From an uncultured Acidobacteriaceae bacterium (GTDB lineage: Bacteria > Acidobacteriota > Terriglobia > Terriglobales > Acidobacteriaceae), in the NCBI GenBank assembly GCA_963808695.1, contig CAWEHF010000026.1, positions 14,161 to 78,160 of the forward strand: a stretch of 64,000 bases of DNA, given 5' to 3'. The translations under genes and the position numbers were made by a program. Below, piece by piece: positions 33,950 through 44,649 of this stretch. The notes below the pieces were generated by a model, which did not search any database, was not told where the DNA came from, and saw only the letters and a list, made by a program, of their open reading frames with translations. Each line of letters opens with the position of its first letter. The stretch's first letter is position 1.

Positions 33950-34071
33950 CTCAACTTTGGTGCAGCGCCCCTGGCGCCCCAGCGATTTACCCCGCCTGCG
34001 CAAGCGGGATCGCGAATGACCACCCTTTTTTCGTACAATCCATCGAAAGAAGCAGGAAAGGTTGCAAATCG

Positions 34072-36027
34072 ATGCACAACAGCGCGCCCCGGAATAGGAA
34101 TGGAGAAGAACGCTCAACAAATAGAACTCCGAGCTTGTTGGGTAATGTATCGTTGACGGTCGTGCTTTCTTCGCTGATTGCCGTCTCATCAGCGTTCCAG
34201 ATTCGCGCACAGGAAGTAAAGCGTGCACTCGACGAGCATGCGCAACGGCAATCCGCGACGCAGGAGCCCTTCCAGGTGCGCTTCCCTGCTTACCGCGTGC
34301 GGCTGCTGGAGCGGACCGAACTGGGAGATGTACCGGCGTTGGAGGTCTACCGCGACGAGCAGCTCATCTTCCGCTTGCCGCTGGTGGCCGGGCTCGATTC
34401 CGCGACGGCGGCAGAACACCTCTCCAAAATTCAGTACAAAGTTCATGCACCGGAAGCGGGCGATCCGCAAGGGCGCTACGAGATTGTGGTTACCGCGGCA
34501 AGTTCGATCTGGAAGAAGCGGGAGTTCCACTGGCGGTTGTATGCGGACCATCTGGAGTTCGACCAGGCTGCATGGGGCGCAGGCAAGCTGGGAAACTGCT
34601 ATTTCTTCTCAAACGGCATCCCCGGCCGCTGGGATAAAGGCAAGAGCGACGGGGCGGCATGGAACTCGACGCTGATGGCAGATCGCTACTGGAGCCCCGC
34701 GCCCAATCTTGCCGGCCAATGGGAGTTTCCGATCGCCATGCCGCAGACGATCGGCTTTGGAACCGACGCGCAGAGCGGGTCGGAGGAAGATTTCCGGCCC
34801 GTGCAGATGGGTCTCTTCAGCCCTCCGCCGTTGATGATGGCTTTTCATCGAGGCGGCGAGTGGGCAAGCATCGGAATCGGCACGCAGCCGGGGCAATATC
34901 GTTTCCCTGCGCTTGAGTACTCCGGCTCGCGCTACGCCGGCGCAGCCTGGTGGGTCGCCTATCTTGGCTATCAGGAGATTACGGATCGCGCTGGCGGCGA
35001 ATTCCACTCGCCGGTTGCGGCCATTCACTTTGCATACAGCGCGCTCGACACGCTGCAACGGTATACGGATTGGCTGCGCGAGAGCGGCTTTGCCACCGCG
35101 CCGGCCTATCCCGACGTGGTCTGGCACCACTTCCCCATCTTCTGCGGATGGGCCGAGCAGACCAGCCGCGCGGTTCCATCCGGGAGAGCGGCCAATGCCG
35201 AGTCCACACAAGAGAATTACGAAACCTGGGTGGCCGAGCTGGAACGGCGCTATCTACAGGTCGGCACCATCGTCATCGATGACAAATGGCAGAAGGGATA
35301 CGGCTCGTTCGATATCGACGGGGAGAAATGGCCTGACATGAAGGGTTTCGTGGCCGCGCAGCACCAGCGCGGCCGGCATGTTCTTCTCTGGGTTCCGGTG
35401 GCGCAGGCCGATGGGTTGCCGAAGGAACTGTGCGTCAACGACGAGCAGGGGCATTGCCTTGCTCCGCAGCTGGGCAACCCTGCCTACGAGGCTTACCTGC
35501 GCGAGAAGATCCGCTACCTGGTGGAAACCGTGGGAGTGGATGGCTTCAAGGAAGACTGGGTGTGGGCTCCCACCAGCGCGGGACTTCCCGTTCCCGCGGA
35601 GGTTGCCGGAATGGAAGGCGTGCGCCTGTTTCAGCACATTCTCTATAGTGAGACGCACCGCTGGGATCGCGATGCCATGGTGGAGACACAAACCGCCAAT
35701 GCGGCATTTCGCGATTCATCCGATGTACTGCGGCTGAACGATATCTGGTACTCAACCCGCGACGTGGTTGAGGCCATGCGGGAGCGCGCGCGGATTGCGC
35801 ACATCTCCGGTTGGGACCTGGTGGACACCGACAACGCCAGCGCAACTACGCTGGAGACCTGGTGGCAGTACATGGAGGCGCAGCCCTCGATCGGGATCCC
35901 GGCCCTCTATTTCGTGCACCGGACAGAGTCCACGCTGGAAGAGCCGTCGGAGTCGGATTGGCTTGCCCTTGCAGGCATCTGGCAGCGCTACGTCGCGGCG
36001 CTGCCCGCGCAGAATACAGCGAAGTGA
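34072..36027 (+). CDS. putative TIM-barrel glycoside hydrolase, family unassigned, N-terminal anchor
   Basis: ATG at 34072; the longer ORF from 33787 overlaps the previous gene. Hydrophobic anchor VSLTVVLSSLIAVSSAF. IVIDDKWQKGYGSFD and HVLLWVPV motifs are glycosidase-like. Confidence 0.45.
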   Translation: MHNSAPRNRNGEERSTNRTPSLLGNVSLTVVLSSLIAVSSAFQIRAQEVKRALDEHAQRQSATQEPFQVRFPAYRVRLLERTELGDVPALEVYRDEQLIFRLPLVAGLDSATAAEHLSKIQYKVHAPEAGDPQGRYEIVVTAASSIWKKREFHWRLYADHLEFDQAAWGAGKLGNCYFFSNGIPGRWDKGKSDGAAWNSTLMADRYWSPAPNLAGQWEFPIAMPQTIGFGTDAQSGSEEDFRPVQMGLFSPPPLMMAFHRGGEWASIGIGTQPGQYRFPALEYSGSRYAGAAWWVAYLGYQEITDRAGGEFHSPVAAIHFAYSALDTLQRYTDWLRESGFATAPAYPDVVWHHFPIFCGWAEQTSRAVPSGRAANAESTQENYETWVAELERRYLQVGTIVIDDKWQKGYGSFDIDGEKWPDMKGFVAAQHQRGRHVLLWVPVAQADGLPKELCVNDEQGHCLAPQLGNPAYEAYLREKIRYLVETVGVDGFKEDWVWAPTSAGLPVPAEVAGMEGVRLFQHILYSETHRWDRDAMVETQTANAAFRDSSDVLRLNDIWYSTRDVVEAMRERARIAHISGWDLVDTDNASATTLETWWQYMEAQPSIGIPALYFVHRTESTLEEPSESDWLALAGIWQRYVAALPAQNTAK

Positions 36028-36064
36028 ATTGAGCGAGCATCCCTCCGGCGAGCCGGACGGATGC

Positions 36065-37402
36065 TCATTGCAGGCCCGCAGTCACCTTCAATGATTCGAG
36101 GCCGGCCCAGTTCGTCATCTCACGGCGGTAGGCCCAGAACATATCGCTGAATCCCGCGCGGCTGAATCGATCTTTCAGATCGCGTGTCGCTTGAGCGGCC
36201 GCAGGGTTGAGATAGAACGCGCCCCATTCGCCGACCAGCACGGGAAGATGATTTCGCGCGGCAAGACTCCAGTCACGATCGATGATCAACTGAGTTCGCT
36301 CGTTGCTGGTCAGTTCAAAGAGATCGGTGTCGACGACGATGTCGTAGACGTGGGGCGAGTAGGCTTGTTCGGGATCGCGCAGGCCGGCTTCGTCCACCAG
36401 CGGCGTAATTGAAGTTGCCACGCCCATGTTGGAAGACATGGCGGATTCCAGAAAAAGAATGTGGCGTGAATCCACCGCGCGGATGGCCTTGCGTACACGC
36501 CCATAGAACGGCATCAGGCGGTTGCGGTCGAAGTCCCGCATCACGCCTTCGCCCGCATCGACCATGCTTCGATAAAGTGCGACGTCTCCGAGCCAGAGCA
36601 CAATCTGCCTGAGTCCCTCCTTGTCTCCCTCCATCTTCATCAACTCCTCTGTCGAGGGATGAGGCCCTCCGGGGCGCGCCGCGAGAATCTCCGCTACGCG
36701 CGCCAGCATGGTGTATTCAAGCCGGCCCGCATCCTTGCCGGGAAAGGGCTCGTTCATCAGGTCGTAGCCCAGAACCGCGGGTTCGTCCTTGAAGCGCCGG
36801 GCCACGAATTGCCACGCTTTGGCGTAGTGATCCTGCAGACCGACCCCATCCGCAGCCGGGTTGTTCGCCCAGAAATGATCCAAGGCCGCCTGTACGTCGG
36901 GACTCACGTAGTAGGCGTCGTTCCAGTTCGAGACGGTGGCGTGGGGCTGGCCATCGTCGAGAGTGGCCCATGCGGGAGCGCCGTCGCCAAACTTGACGCT
37001 GTACAGATCCTGGTGCATGTCGAGAAGCACGTACAGTCCCTGGGCCTTCGCGTAGCCAACGAGACGAGCGATGCGGCCGAGATAGGACCGGTCGAAGACT
37101 CCGGGCCGGGGCTCGAGACCGTCCCAGAAAATGCAGAGGCGGACTGCGTTCATTCCCCATCCGCGAATCCGGGCGAAATCTGCCGGCCCCAAATCGCCCG
37201 TGTATCCCTCGCTTTTTGATTTTCTGACGACGTTGAGGCCTTGAAACCGGATAGGCCGGCCTGCACCGTCGAGAAAGACGCCGTCGCCCGCGGAGATGAA
37301 GCCCATCGGCTTGCCGGCGGAATGGACGTGCCTGCCAGCGGTCTGGGCGAGACCGGCTGCTGAAAGCGCCGAAAAAAGAATTGCCAGATAAACGCGATGC
37401 AT
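36065..37402 (-). CDS. GH5 glycoside hydrolase, secreted
   Basis: Signal peptide; GMNAVRLCIFWDGLEP; LMNEPFPG (acid/base Glu); LVGEWGAF (nucleophile Glu). Confidence 0.85.
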   Translation of the reverse strand: MHRVYLAILFSALSAAGLAQTAGRHVHSAGKPMGFISAGDGVFLDGAGRPIRFQGLNVVRKSKSEGYTGDLGPADFARIRGWGMNAVRLCIFWDGLEPRPGVFDRSYLGRIARLVGYAKAQGLYVLLDMHQDLYSVKFGDGAPAWATLDDGQPHATVSNWNDAYYVSPDVQAALDHFWANNPAADGVGLQDHYAKAWQFVARRFKDEPAVLGYDLMNEPFPGKDAGRLEYTMLARVAEILAARPGGPHPSTEELMKMEGDKEGLRQIVLWLGDVALYRSMVDAGEGVMRDFDRNRLMPFYGRVRKAIRAVDSRHILFLESAMSSNMGVATSITPLVDEAGLRDPEQAYSPHVYDIVVDTDLFELTSNERTQLIIDRDWSLAARNHLPVLVGEWGAFYLNPAAAQATRDLKDRFSRAGFSDMFWAYRREMTNWAGLESLKVTAGLQ

Positions 37403-37597
37403 AGATCCCTCATCCCGGCAATCCGATCCATCGCGGGAGTCTGCCGGCTAAAAACCTGCTGCGGGAATGCGCTTCGCGCATTGCCGCAACCGACCACAAA
37501 GACAGTCAAAAAAAGGTAACGGTTCGAATTCGGCATTTTCCAGTCATGCCTTCCCGATCGAACCGTTACCCGTTGAATGAATCACATTGGGCCAGAG

Positions 37598-40500
37598 CTA
37601 GAACATCAACTTGGCCGCCACCTGTCCGGTTCTGCTACCTCCAAAGTCCGAACCACGCGATTGCTTGATTGTTCCGAATAATGGCGACGTGATATCGAGA
37701 TTTGGATCGTTCAGGTTAGTGTGATTCAGAACGTTGGTGAAGCTGCTCTCCAGGCGAAGATGCAGATTGTCGCCCAGATTGACTGTTTTTGATAAGCCAG
37801 ACGAAAGGTTGATCGTTCCGGGACCTTCAACCGCTCCGGTGTGCTCGGTTCCGAATCTGCCGATCGGGTTTGAGATCACTCCGACGCCGCAAGGGTTGCC
37901 GGCGTACGATGTCGACGTGTATCCGGTGTCGCTGGGGCAGGCAAAGGCCATGGGATTCACCCACTGGTTGCGGTTCTGGTTGTGAGGCTTGATGGCGCCC
38001 ACCTGGTCCGGATGTTGTTCCATCCCGTAGAGGCTGGAATCGCCCGATCCTGTACCGGAGGGATCGGCGTCGCCTCCGGGGATAAAAGCGGAGAGGTAGG
38101 GTCCCGTCTGCATGAGGAAGATGCTGCTCAGTTGCCAGTTTCCGAGGACCGCATCCTCCGCGCGGTTCATGTCGTGGCCCAGCGCATGTCCGCGGCCAAC
38201 GGGCAGCGAAAACAGCCCGGTCGTGATCCAGCGCTGACGGCGCGTGCCATTCACGTTACCGTAATCGAGATGGAGATCACGATAGTAGCTCGCGTAGCCT
38301 GCGTCGCCGCCGCCATCTTCGCCGGTAAAACTGGATGCGGAAGGCCCCTGATTGTCTGCCAGATTCTTCGACCAGGTATAAGTTGACTGGAAGCTGAGGC
38401 CTTTGGAGAAGTTGCGCAGCGCCTCGAATTGCATGCCGTTGTAGAGCGCCTGCGCGCCGGTGTAACGGTCCTGAATCGCGCCCCAGTTTGGGAAGGGACG
38501 ATTGGTGAGCGGCTGCGCAGCCGCAGGTGTTGCGGAGGAGTACGGCATCTCGTTCAAGGCCACGCCCCAGACCAGGTCGTCGGTCCGCATTCCGATATAA
38601 GAGAGTCGCGTGCCGATATCACCTATCCACTGGTGATCGACAGAGAGGCTCCACTGCATCGAGTAGGGGTCCTTCCAGTTCAACTCGTTGCCGGCGTTGA
38701 ACTGGGCGCTGCCGTAGCTCGTCGTCAATCCGCCCGCAGGCGCAATATTGGGCCAGGTGTAAAGCGACGGATAGTAATTCGGCGGATTCAGGCTGTAGAT
38801 GGTGGACTGCACCTGCTGCAGCGAGCCGGTCATGGAGAAGTAGCTGCTGCCGGCCAGCGTGGTGTTATAGACGCCGAAGCCGCTGCGAATGGAGGTCTTG
38901 TCGTTGCCGAAAGGACGCCAGGCCAGGCCCAGGCGGGGCAGGATGCGATCCTTGGGTGAGTTGCGAAGGCCCGACGGAAGACCTGCCTGCGCATTGTTTT
39001 CAATCGGCGTGCACGCAGCATTTGCTGTGCTGGACGGGCCGTAGCCGCAGACGTCAGCGCTCTCAAGAAAAGGCGTGCTCAGCAGGCTGGCGCCATTGCT
39101 GGGATAGATGACGCGGCCCGTGCCCGCCACGCTGGGATCGAAGTTGCCGATGGCGCCCTGCGTGTCCTGGTAGGCCGGATGGTACTCGTAACGGGCGCCG
39201 TAGGAGACAACCAGGTTCTGCGTCATCTTCCACTGATCCTGGATGTAGCCGGCGTAGTAGGTGGTCTTGCCCTCGTTGAAAGGAACCAGCGTGTAGTACT
39301 CGGTGGCCGTCGGCGTGCCGCTCAGAAAGTCGGCGAACTGATAGGCCGCCTGGTTGGTCGTGGGCGGAAATCCATAGGCCGGCAATTGCCCGAAGAGACT
39401 TGTATAGTAGCCGCTGAAGAGGAAGCCCTCCACATTGCTGATGTTGCTGTTGCCAAGAGTGGAGCGGGTCCCCTGCTGGCGGATGTCACCGCCGAATTTG
39501 AACGTGTGCTGGCCTTTGGTCCAGGTGAGGCTGTCGTTGTATTGCAGCAGATGGCTGTTGGTGGTCTGGTTGTAATTACCCGCATAAAGCCACGACAGGT
39601 CTCCCGCCGTCTGGTTGGTGCTGGCGCCGAAAGCAAGCACCGTCACGCCGTTGACGGGAAGGTCCGCGCCGATGGGATCGAATCCGGCCGCCGCGGTATA
39701 CGGCGCGCCGTTCAACTCGTTGCGCTGGCCGTTTTGTTCCCATGTAAACCCGAATAGAAAATCGTTAATCAGGTTGGGCGTGATGGTATAGACGAACGAA
39801 CTGGCCAGAATGTGGTAGTTGTCGTAGTCGGTCACCGATGGGACCTTCAACGCCTGCGGCGACAGCAGCGTGACGCTCTTGTTGGTGTAGCGCACGAAGG
39901 CCAGCATGTTCTTGTTCAGGTTGTGGTCGACGCGGGCATCGAACTGGTTCGAGTTGTAATTGTTGGGAGCGTTGATCGAGTAGTTGTAACCGGTTCCAGA
40001 CAGGGCCGCTCCGACCGTCTGATACGGCGAATTGAACGGATAATTCGGCGCGGGAAAGAATTGCATGAAGGGATTGCCCGACGTGTTGACCATGGGCGCG
40101 GGGATCTGATTGAGGCCGGTTGCGTTTTCCATCGCGTACGGAACGGCATCCGACGGATCAATCAGCATGCCGGGTATCGGAAGCTCCTGCGAGAAATCGC
40201 CCTGCATCATGGCCGTAGTGGGCACCAACTCCTGAAGCACTGCCTGCTTGGGAAAGAGGAAACCCTCGTAGGTGGCAAAGTAGAAGGTCTTGTTGCGGCC
40301 ATTGTAGACGTGGGGAATGACGACCGGACCGCCGGAACTGACGCCGAAATCGTTGCCGTTCTCCTTGGGCTTGATCACTTCGCCAAACGGCGTGGCGTCG
40401 AGTGCGTCGTTCTGATAGTGCCAGAAGAGCGTCCCGTGAACCCTTTCGGTGCCGCTCTTGCTGATGGTCGTAATCTCGCCGGCCTGTCCGAATTCCGCAT

Positions 40501-41224
40501 TGTTCAGCACGCCGTCCACGCGCATTTCTCCGATGGATTCGGCGGAGGGGAAGGCGTCGGAAAGCGGCGAGTTGGAACGGACGTTGGTGGTGGAGATGCC
40601 GTCCACAGAGACTTCCGTCTGGAAGGGCATGCCGCCCTGCACCGAGAAGTTCATCGTAGGAGAGCCAGAGGCCCCGGGAGTAGTGGAACCTGCGGCGGTA
40701 TCCGACTGTACGCCGGGAAGCGCCTGGATTTCGTTGAGCGGGCTGGTGCCGCTGGTGCCGTAGTAGTTTACCGGAAGGCTGGAAACGCTGGCTGAATCAA
40801 GCGTCGCGGAGACCGATGGCGTCTCGGTTTCCACTACGCCCTGGGACGAGCCTTGCACCGTGACTTCCTGCTGCGCCGAGCCCACCGTCAACGTGGCATC
40901 GATGCGGAGCTCCGCACGAGCTTCAAGAACCACGCCCGTGATCAACTGGCTCTCAAAATCCGCCTTCGATATCTTTATGTCGTACGTGCCAGGAACCAGT
41001 TCAAGCGCCTGGTAGGTCCCCACCGAATTCGTACGGTACGCCGAGGAGATGCCCTTCTCCACGTTGGTGATCACAACCTTGGCACTGGGGATCAATGCTC
41101 CACTTTGATCCCTCACCGTTCCGAGAATGCTCGATTGAACCGACTGGCCGCTTAAGAACGGCGAAAGCACGAGGAGCGTCACCAGCAAAACACTTTTCAA
41201 GGCCCCCAAAAAGGAAAAACGCAC
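37598..41224 (-). CDS. TonB-dependent receptor with CarboxypepD_reg N-terminal domain
   Basis: GTG at 41224, 7 nt after GGAGG. Signal peptide. SILGTVRDQSGALIPSAKVVITNVE...GTYDIKISKADFE. C-terminal AAKLMF. Confidence 0.9.
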   Translation of the reverse strand: MRFSFLGALKSVLLVTLLVLSPFLSGQSVQSSILGTVRDQSGALIPSAKVVITNVEKGISSAYRTNSVGTYQALELVPGTYDIKISKADFESQLITGVVLEARAELRIDATLTVGSAQQEVTVQGSSQGVVETETPSVSATLDSASVSSLPVNYYGTSGTSPLNEIQALPGVQSDTAAGSTTPGASGSPTMNFSVQGGMPFQTEVSVDGISTTNVRSNSPLSDAFPSAESIGEMRVDGVLNNAEFGQAGEITTISKSGTERVHGTLFWHYQNDALDATPFGEVIKPKENGNDFGVSSGGPVVIPHVYNGRNKTFYFATYEGFLFPKQAVLQELVPTTAMMQGDFSQELPIPGMLIDPSDAVPYAMENATGLNQIPAPMVNTSGNPFMQFFPAPNYPFNSPYQTVGAALSGTGYNYSINAPNNYNSNQFDARVDHNLNKNMLAFVRYTNKSVTLLSPQALKVPSVTDYDNYHILASSFVYTITPNLINDFLFGFTWEQNGQRNELNGAPYTAAAGFDPIGADLPVNGVTVLAFGASTNQTAGDLSWLYAGNYNQTTNSHLLQYNDSLTWTKGQHTFKFGGDIRQQGTRSTLGNSNISNVEGFLFSGYYTSLFGQLPAYGFPPTTNQAAYQFADFLSGTPTATEYYTLVPFNEGKTTYYAGYIQDQWKMTQNLVVSYGARYEYHPAYQDTQGAIGNFDPSVAGTGRVIYPSNGASLLSTPFLESADVCGYGPSSTANAACTPIENNAQAGLPSGLRNSPKDRILPRLGLAWRPFGNDKTSIRSGFGVYNTTLAGSSYFSMTGSLQQVQSTIYSLNPPNYYPSLYTWPNIAPAGGLTTSYGSAQFNAGNELNWKDPYSMQWSLSVDHQWIGDIGTRLSYIGMRTDDLVWGVALNEMPYSSATPAAAQPLTNRPFPNWGAIQDRYTGAQALYNGMQFEALRNFSKGLSFQSTYTWSKNLADNQGPSASSFTGEDGGGDAGYASYYRDLHLDYGNVNGTRRQRWITTGLFSLPVGRGHALGHDMNRAEDAVLGNWQLSSIFLMQTGPYLSAFIPGGDADPSGTGSGDSSLYGMEQHPDQVGAIKPHNQNRNQWVNPMAFACPSDTGYTSTSYAGNPCGVGVISNPIGRFGTEHTGAVEGPGTINLSSGLSKTVNLGDNLHLRLESSFTNVLNHTNLNDPNLDITSPLFGTIKQSRGSDFGGSRTGQVAAKLMF

Positions 41225-41266
41225 AGTACTACCTCCACGAACAAAAAAAAACCACTTCGGTTGCCG

Positions 41267-41296
41267 ATAATATGAGCATTGCTCGTATTTTGTCAA
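41267..41296 (-). promoter_or_regulatory. sigma70-type promoter with palindromic spacer (copy B)
   Basis: Minus strand TTGACA-aaaTACGAGCAATGCTCA-TATTAT (18-nt spacer), about 40 nt upstream of the receptor start codon. Confidence 0.55.
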
Positions 41297-41597
41297 GTCC
41301 CAATCGACAGTTTCGACGGAGCGTGAATTCCTTTTGGATTCAGCTGCGAATATCAGATTATTTATCTGTATTTTACGATGCTGGCTTGTGAAAGTGGCTC
41401 AGCGGGAGCGGGAGCGGGCGCCGGCTTTGGCCTCGGCTCCCGCCGCGAGACAACCGAACGTCGCTCTCAACCTGTGCCTCGCTACGATTGCATCGAGCCA
41501 CTGCTCGCTGCGATCGGTCCCGGTATATTTGCACCCCGGCAAATGTCAGTCTTCTGCCGAGTTCGATGATATGGGTGAGGCAATCGGGTTGCGTCGA

Positions 41598-42962
41598 TCA
41601 ATGCGTTACCGCGCGCACGGCCACGATTGACGCATCGCCGGGCACCGCATTCTCGACCGTTGTGGTGAGCAGAACCTGGAAGTAAGGCGGAATCGTCTTG
41701 CGATCCGGTGACAGCGTGGCGAGCGCGTTGCGCAGCTGGGCCATTCTTTCGGGGCTGGTCAGGAATTCGATGGCGGCCTGCGAGCCCTGGGTATAGATGC
41801 CATAGATGAGCAGAACGCGATTCTCTTTTTTCTCGTTCGGGAGCATGAGGACCAGCGCGTAGTCGCGGGTGAGTTGGTTGGTCACCGGGTCGAACTCCGG
41901 CTTGTAGAGGGGCTTTTCGCCCGGTTGCGGGTTGTTGTTGTAAATCACGCCATCCTGAAAATGAAAGCCCTCCACATTCAGGAATACCCGGCCGCTCCAC
42001 GACTGGTTGCCGCCGAGCAGGATCACGTTGTTGTTCTTGATCTGCTCAAAGTCCACAAGCCGCGACTGGCTTACCTGGCACGAATCGCCCACGCGGAAGA
42101 ACATCTGGCACAGGTCCACCAGGCCGATGGTCTCTCCGACCGAGGTGAAGTCGGTGATGGAAGGGACAAAGATGAACCGCTTGAGCTCGCGGAAGTGTAT
42201 GGTGTCGCGAAATTCAGGCAGGCTGGCCTTGGGAATGTCGTGGCCCGAAGCGATGGTCTGCTCGCTGTCGCCTCCGTGCGCCGCGCGCAGAATCGGATGG
42301 TTGGGGATGACGATGAGCGGAGCAGCAGCGGGAGGAAGGAAGGGATGCCAGAACCAGTCGAGGTTCGAGGGCAACGCGCCGGCAGCGTGCTGGGCTGACG
42401 CTGATCCAGTTGCCATGGCGCCACGCCGGGCGAGTTGAATGCTAAGCGCCACGCACACTGCAGCCAGAATCACGACGAGCGCAACAAGTAATCGGTTCGA
42501 TCGGTGGGGAACCGGCGCAGTTTCAGTGGTAACGGCCGCCGCCTGTGCTGCAGCCGCAGCCTCGCCGCCGTCTTCCGGCTCAAGGCGCTTGAAGACCGGC
42601 ACGTAGTGGCCAGCCGGCAACTCCATGCGGATGAGGCTGCCCTGGCCCTCATCCTGGTAGTACCTCTTGAGCAGGCGGCGAATCTCATGCGCCTGAACGC
42701 GGACAATGGGATCCTTTTGCTGGTCAAAATCGGCGCCCCGGTCGTAGACCTCGGTGCCGATCAGGTACTCGTTGAGCTTTTCGCTGTTGCCCTGGAAAGT
42801 CTGCTCGGCAATGAACTCAAGAAAGCGGATCTTTTTGGGCGACCCCGCAAACAGCTTGCTTTGTACAACCCGGCGCAGTTCTTCTCGCTTTTCGTAGGTG
42901 GAGAAACCGATCGCCGGGTTGGAGTGTTGTACCACGTCGAGTTCCCTAGCAGGGAAGCGCAA
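41598..42962 (-). CDS. single-pass membrane protein with N-terminal regulatory-type helical domain
   Basis: SPKKIRFLEFIAEQTFQGNSEKLNEYLIGTEVYDRGADFDQQKDPIVRVQAHEIRRLLKRYY is a block common in membrane-anchored regulators. TM segment LLVALVVILAAVCVALSIQL. TTG start as listed; start uncertain. Confidence 0.5.
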   Translation of the reverse strand: MRFPARELDVVQHSNPAIGFSTYEKREELRRVVQSKLFAGSPKKIRFLEFIAEQTFQGNSEKLNEYLIGTEVYDRGADFDQQKDPIVRVQAHEIRRLLKRYYQDEGQGSLIRMELPAGHYVPVFKRLEPEDGGEAAAAAQAAAVTTETAPVPHRSNRLLVALVVILAAVCVALSIQLARRGAMATGSASAQHAAGALPSNLDWFWHPFLPPAAAPLIVIPNHPILRAAHGGDSEQTIASGHDIPKASLPEFRDTIHFRELKRFIFVPSITDFTSVGETIGLVDLCQMFFRVGDSCQVSQSRLVDFEQIKNNNVILLGGNQSWSGRVFLNVEGFHFQDGVIYNNNPQPGEKPLYKPEFDPVTNQLTRDYALVLMLPNEKKENRVLLIYGIYTQGSQAAIEFLTSPERMAQLRNALATLSPDRKTIPPYFQVLLTTTVENAVPGDASIVAVRAVTH

Positions 42963-43456
42963 AACACGAAGGATAAAGCACTTTTCTTAACCGATTTTCA
43001 ACGTAATCCGCGGTTGCGTACAGTGTCAAGGATCGCGGGGCATGCCAGCGATGAGCCCGCCGGTCCGGACGCTAACGGTTATTTTGGCCGTTAAGTCCGG
43101 TTATTTATGCCGCGATGGTATGGCCGCAAACCCCCTCTCATAGCCCCAAAACCAGCAGTTGCAAGGTCTTCCCAGCCGGGCAGCACTTAGAGTGCAGCGA
43201 GCAGATCGACAATCTGAGTGTACTATCCGCAACTAAACCAAGCTCTTGTGCCCGTTTTTGCCCCAAAAACCCTGTTGCCCGAGCCGTTAACCCGGCGCAT
43301 AACCTCGATTACCTTGTTGATCGTATTCTCGAGCGCCTACAACCAGTAACGGCCTGGGAGAAGTGTCCTTCCATGCGATGTGTACGCCCACCGGTTTTGA
43401 GGGTTGATGGAAATCGCCAGGCAAGGGCACGCGGGGCTTGAGGGGATCAGGGAAAG

Positions 43457-44575
43457 ATGACGCCGGCCGTGGCGAACTCGCTCAAATGCCTTGCGATACT
43501 TCTTGTTGCGGTGGGGGTGGGCCGTACCCAGTCTACGGGACAGGAGTTGGTTGTTACGCGCCAACTCGACCGCCCGGTACTGACCACGCAATCGGCGGGG
43601 GCCGAGGGCAACAAGTACGGTTTCGAAGGCGGAAGGGTGATCAAGCAAGATGGCGTTTATCACCTCTTCACGTCAGAGATGGTTGGCGACCCCCATTGGG
43701 TGCGGATGAAGCTGGCACACTGGACGAGCCGCGACGGCGTGAACTGGAAGCGCCTTGGCACGCTGCGCGAGTCGAGTGGTGATTTTACCGGCAAGGATCC
43801 GCGTGCGGCGCTTTGGTCGCCGATGCCGGTCTTCGACGATGGCAAGAACCGCTGGAACCTGTTTTACGTGGCGTACCAGGCAGCGCCCGATACGCCAAAG
43901 CGTTGGTTGACCAATCACGAGGGGCGGATCTGGCGTGCAGTTTCGCAAACGCCGGGCAGAGCGGGAATCGGAGGGCCATACAAGGACGTGGGCATCGTAC
44001 TCCAGCGAGGCAAGGACTCAGACTCGTGGGAAGGCCTGCAGGGAACGGATTCGTTCTTCCCGTACAAGGCCGGCGCGAGCTGGTACGCCCTCTATGGCAG
44101 CGCAAGAACCGAGAGCCTGCCTATTTCGCTGTGGCAGGTCGGGCTGGCTCAGGCTCCTCGAATTGGCGGCCCTTGGAAGCGCTGCTCAGAGTTGAACCCG
44201 CTGGCGGTGGAACCCACGTTTATTGAGAACCCGATCGTCTCGCGTCTCGCCGACGGCAGCTACATTGCCGTTTACGACAATCACAAGCCAAACGCGATCG
44301 GGTATACGTTTTCCAGCGACGGCATTCACTGGTCGCCGGGAGTACAGTTGACGGTGCAGACGGGCAGCGGCATCTGGGCAACGGAAGTAAGAACGCCGCT
44401 GGGCCTGATTGATGAAGGCAATGGACAATTTACGCTTTTCTACTCCGCAAATGAACGCGTCGACGGCTTGCATGCCGACGCGAATGGAATTGTGCTGACG
44501 CCGGGAGCCGTGGGGATGATCGATGTGCGGCTCAAAAACAAGAGCAGCTCTCAAGAGACTGCCGGCCGGCAATAA
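43457..44575 (+). CDS. secreted beta-propeller-type glycosidase-like protein (GH43/GH32-clan-like; tentative)
   Basis: Signal peptide. Repeated W/hydrophobic beta-strand blocks (GVYHLFTSEM, WNLFYVAY, WYALYGSA, SYIAVYDN). Confidence 0.4.
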   Translation: MTPAVANSLKCLAILLVAVGVGRTQSTGQELVVTRQLDRPVLTTQSAGAEGNKYGFEGGRVIKQDGVYHLFTSEMVGDPHWVRMKLAHWTSRDGVNWKRLGTLRESSGDFTGKDPRAALWSPMPVFDDGKNRWNLFYVAYQAAPDTPKRWLTNHEGRIWRAVSQTPGRAGIGGPYKDVGIVLQRGKDSDSWEGLQGTDSFFPYKAGASWYALYGSARTESLPISLWQVGLAQAPRIGGPWKRCSELNPLAVEPTFIENPIVSRLADGSYIAVYDNHKPNAIGYTFSSDGIHWSPGVQLTVQTGSGIWATEVRTPLGLIDEGNGQFTLFYSANERVDGLHADANGIVLTPGAVGMIDVRLKNKSSSQETAGRQ

Positions 44576-44649
44576 CTGAATCGGGAACGAAGCAGCAAAA
44601 GGAACGTGCGCTTCGAGTGGCGCACCACTTCGAGAAATGGGGAGGCACT

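Noticed and set aside
33787-34071. N-terminal 95-codon extension of the 746-aa ORF
   Set aside because: It overlaps the preceding aldolase-like gene in another frame and has a non-protein-like composition. The ATG at 34072 gives a sensible membrane-anchor N-terminus.
44626-44638. 13-nt string CACTTCGAGAAAT shared with 48421..48433; 12-nt CACGGAAACTGT shared between 48443 and 53518
   Set aside because: Exact 12-13-mers are statistically expected (tens of pairs) in a window of this size. I mention them only as weak context for the hairpin elements.
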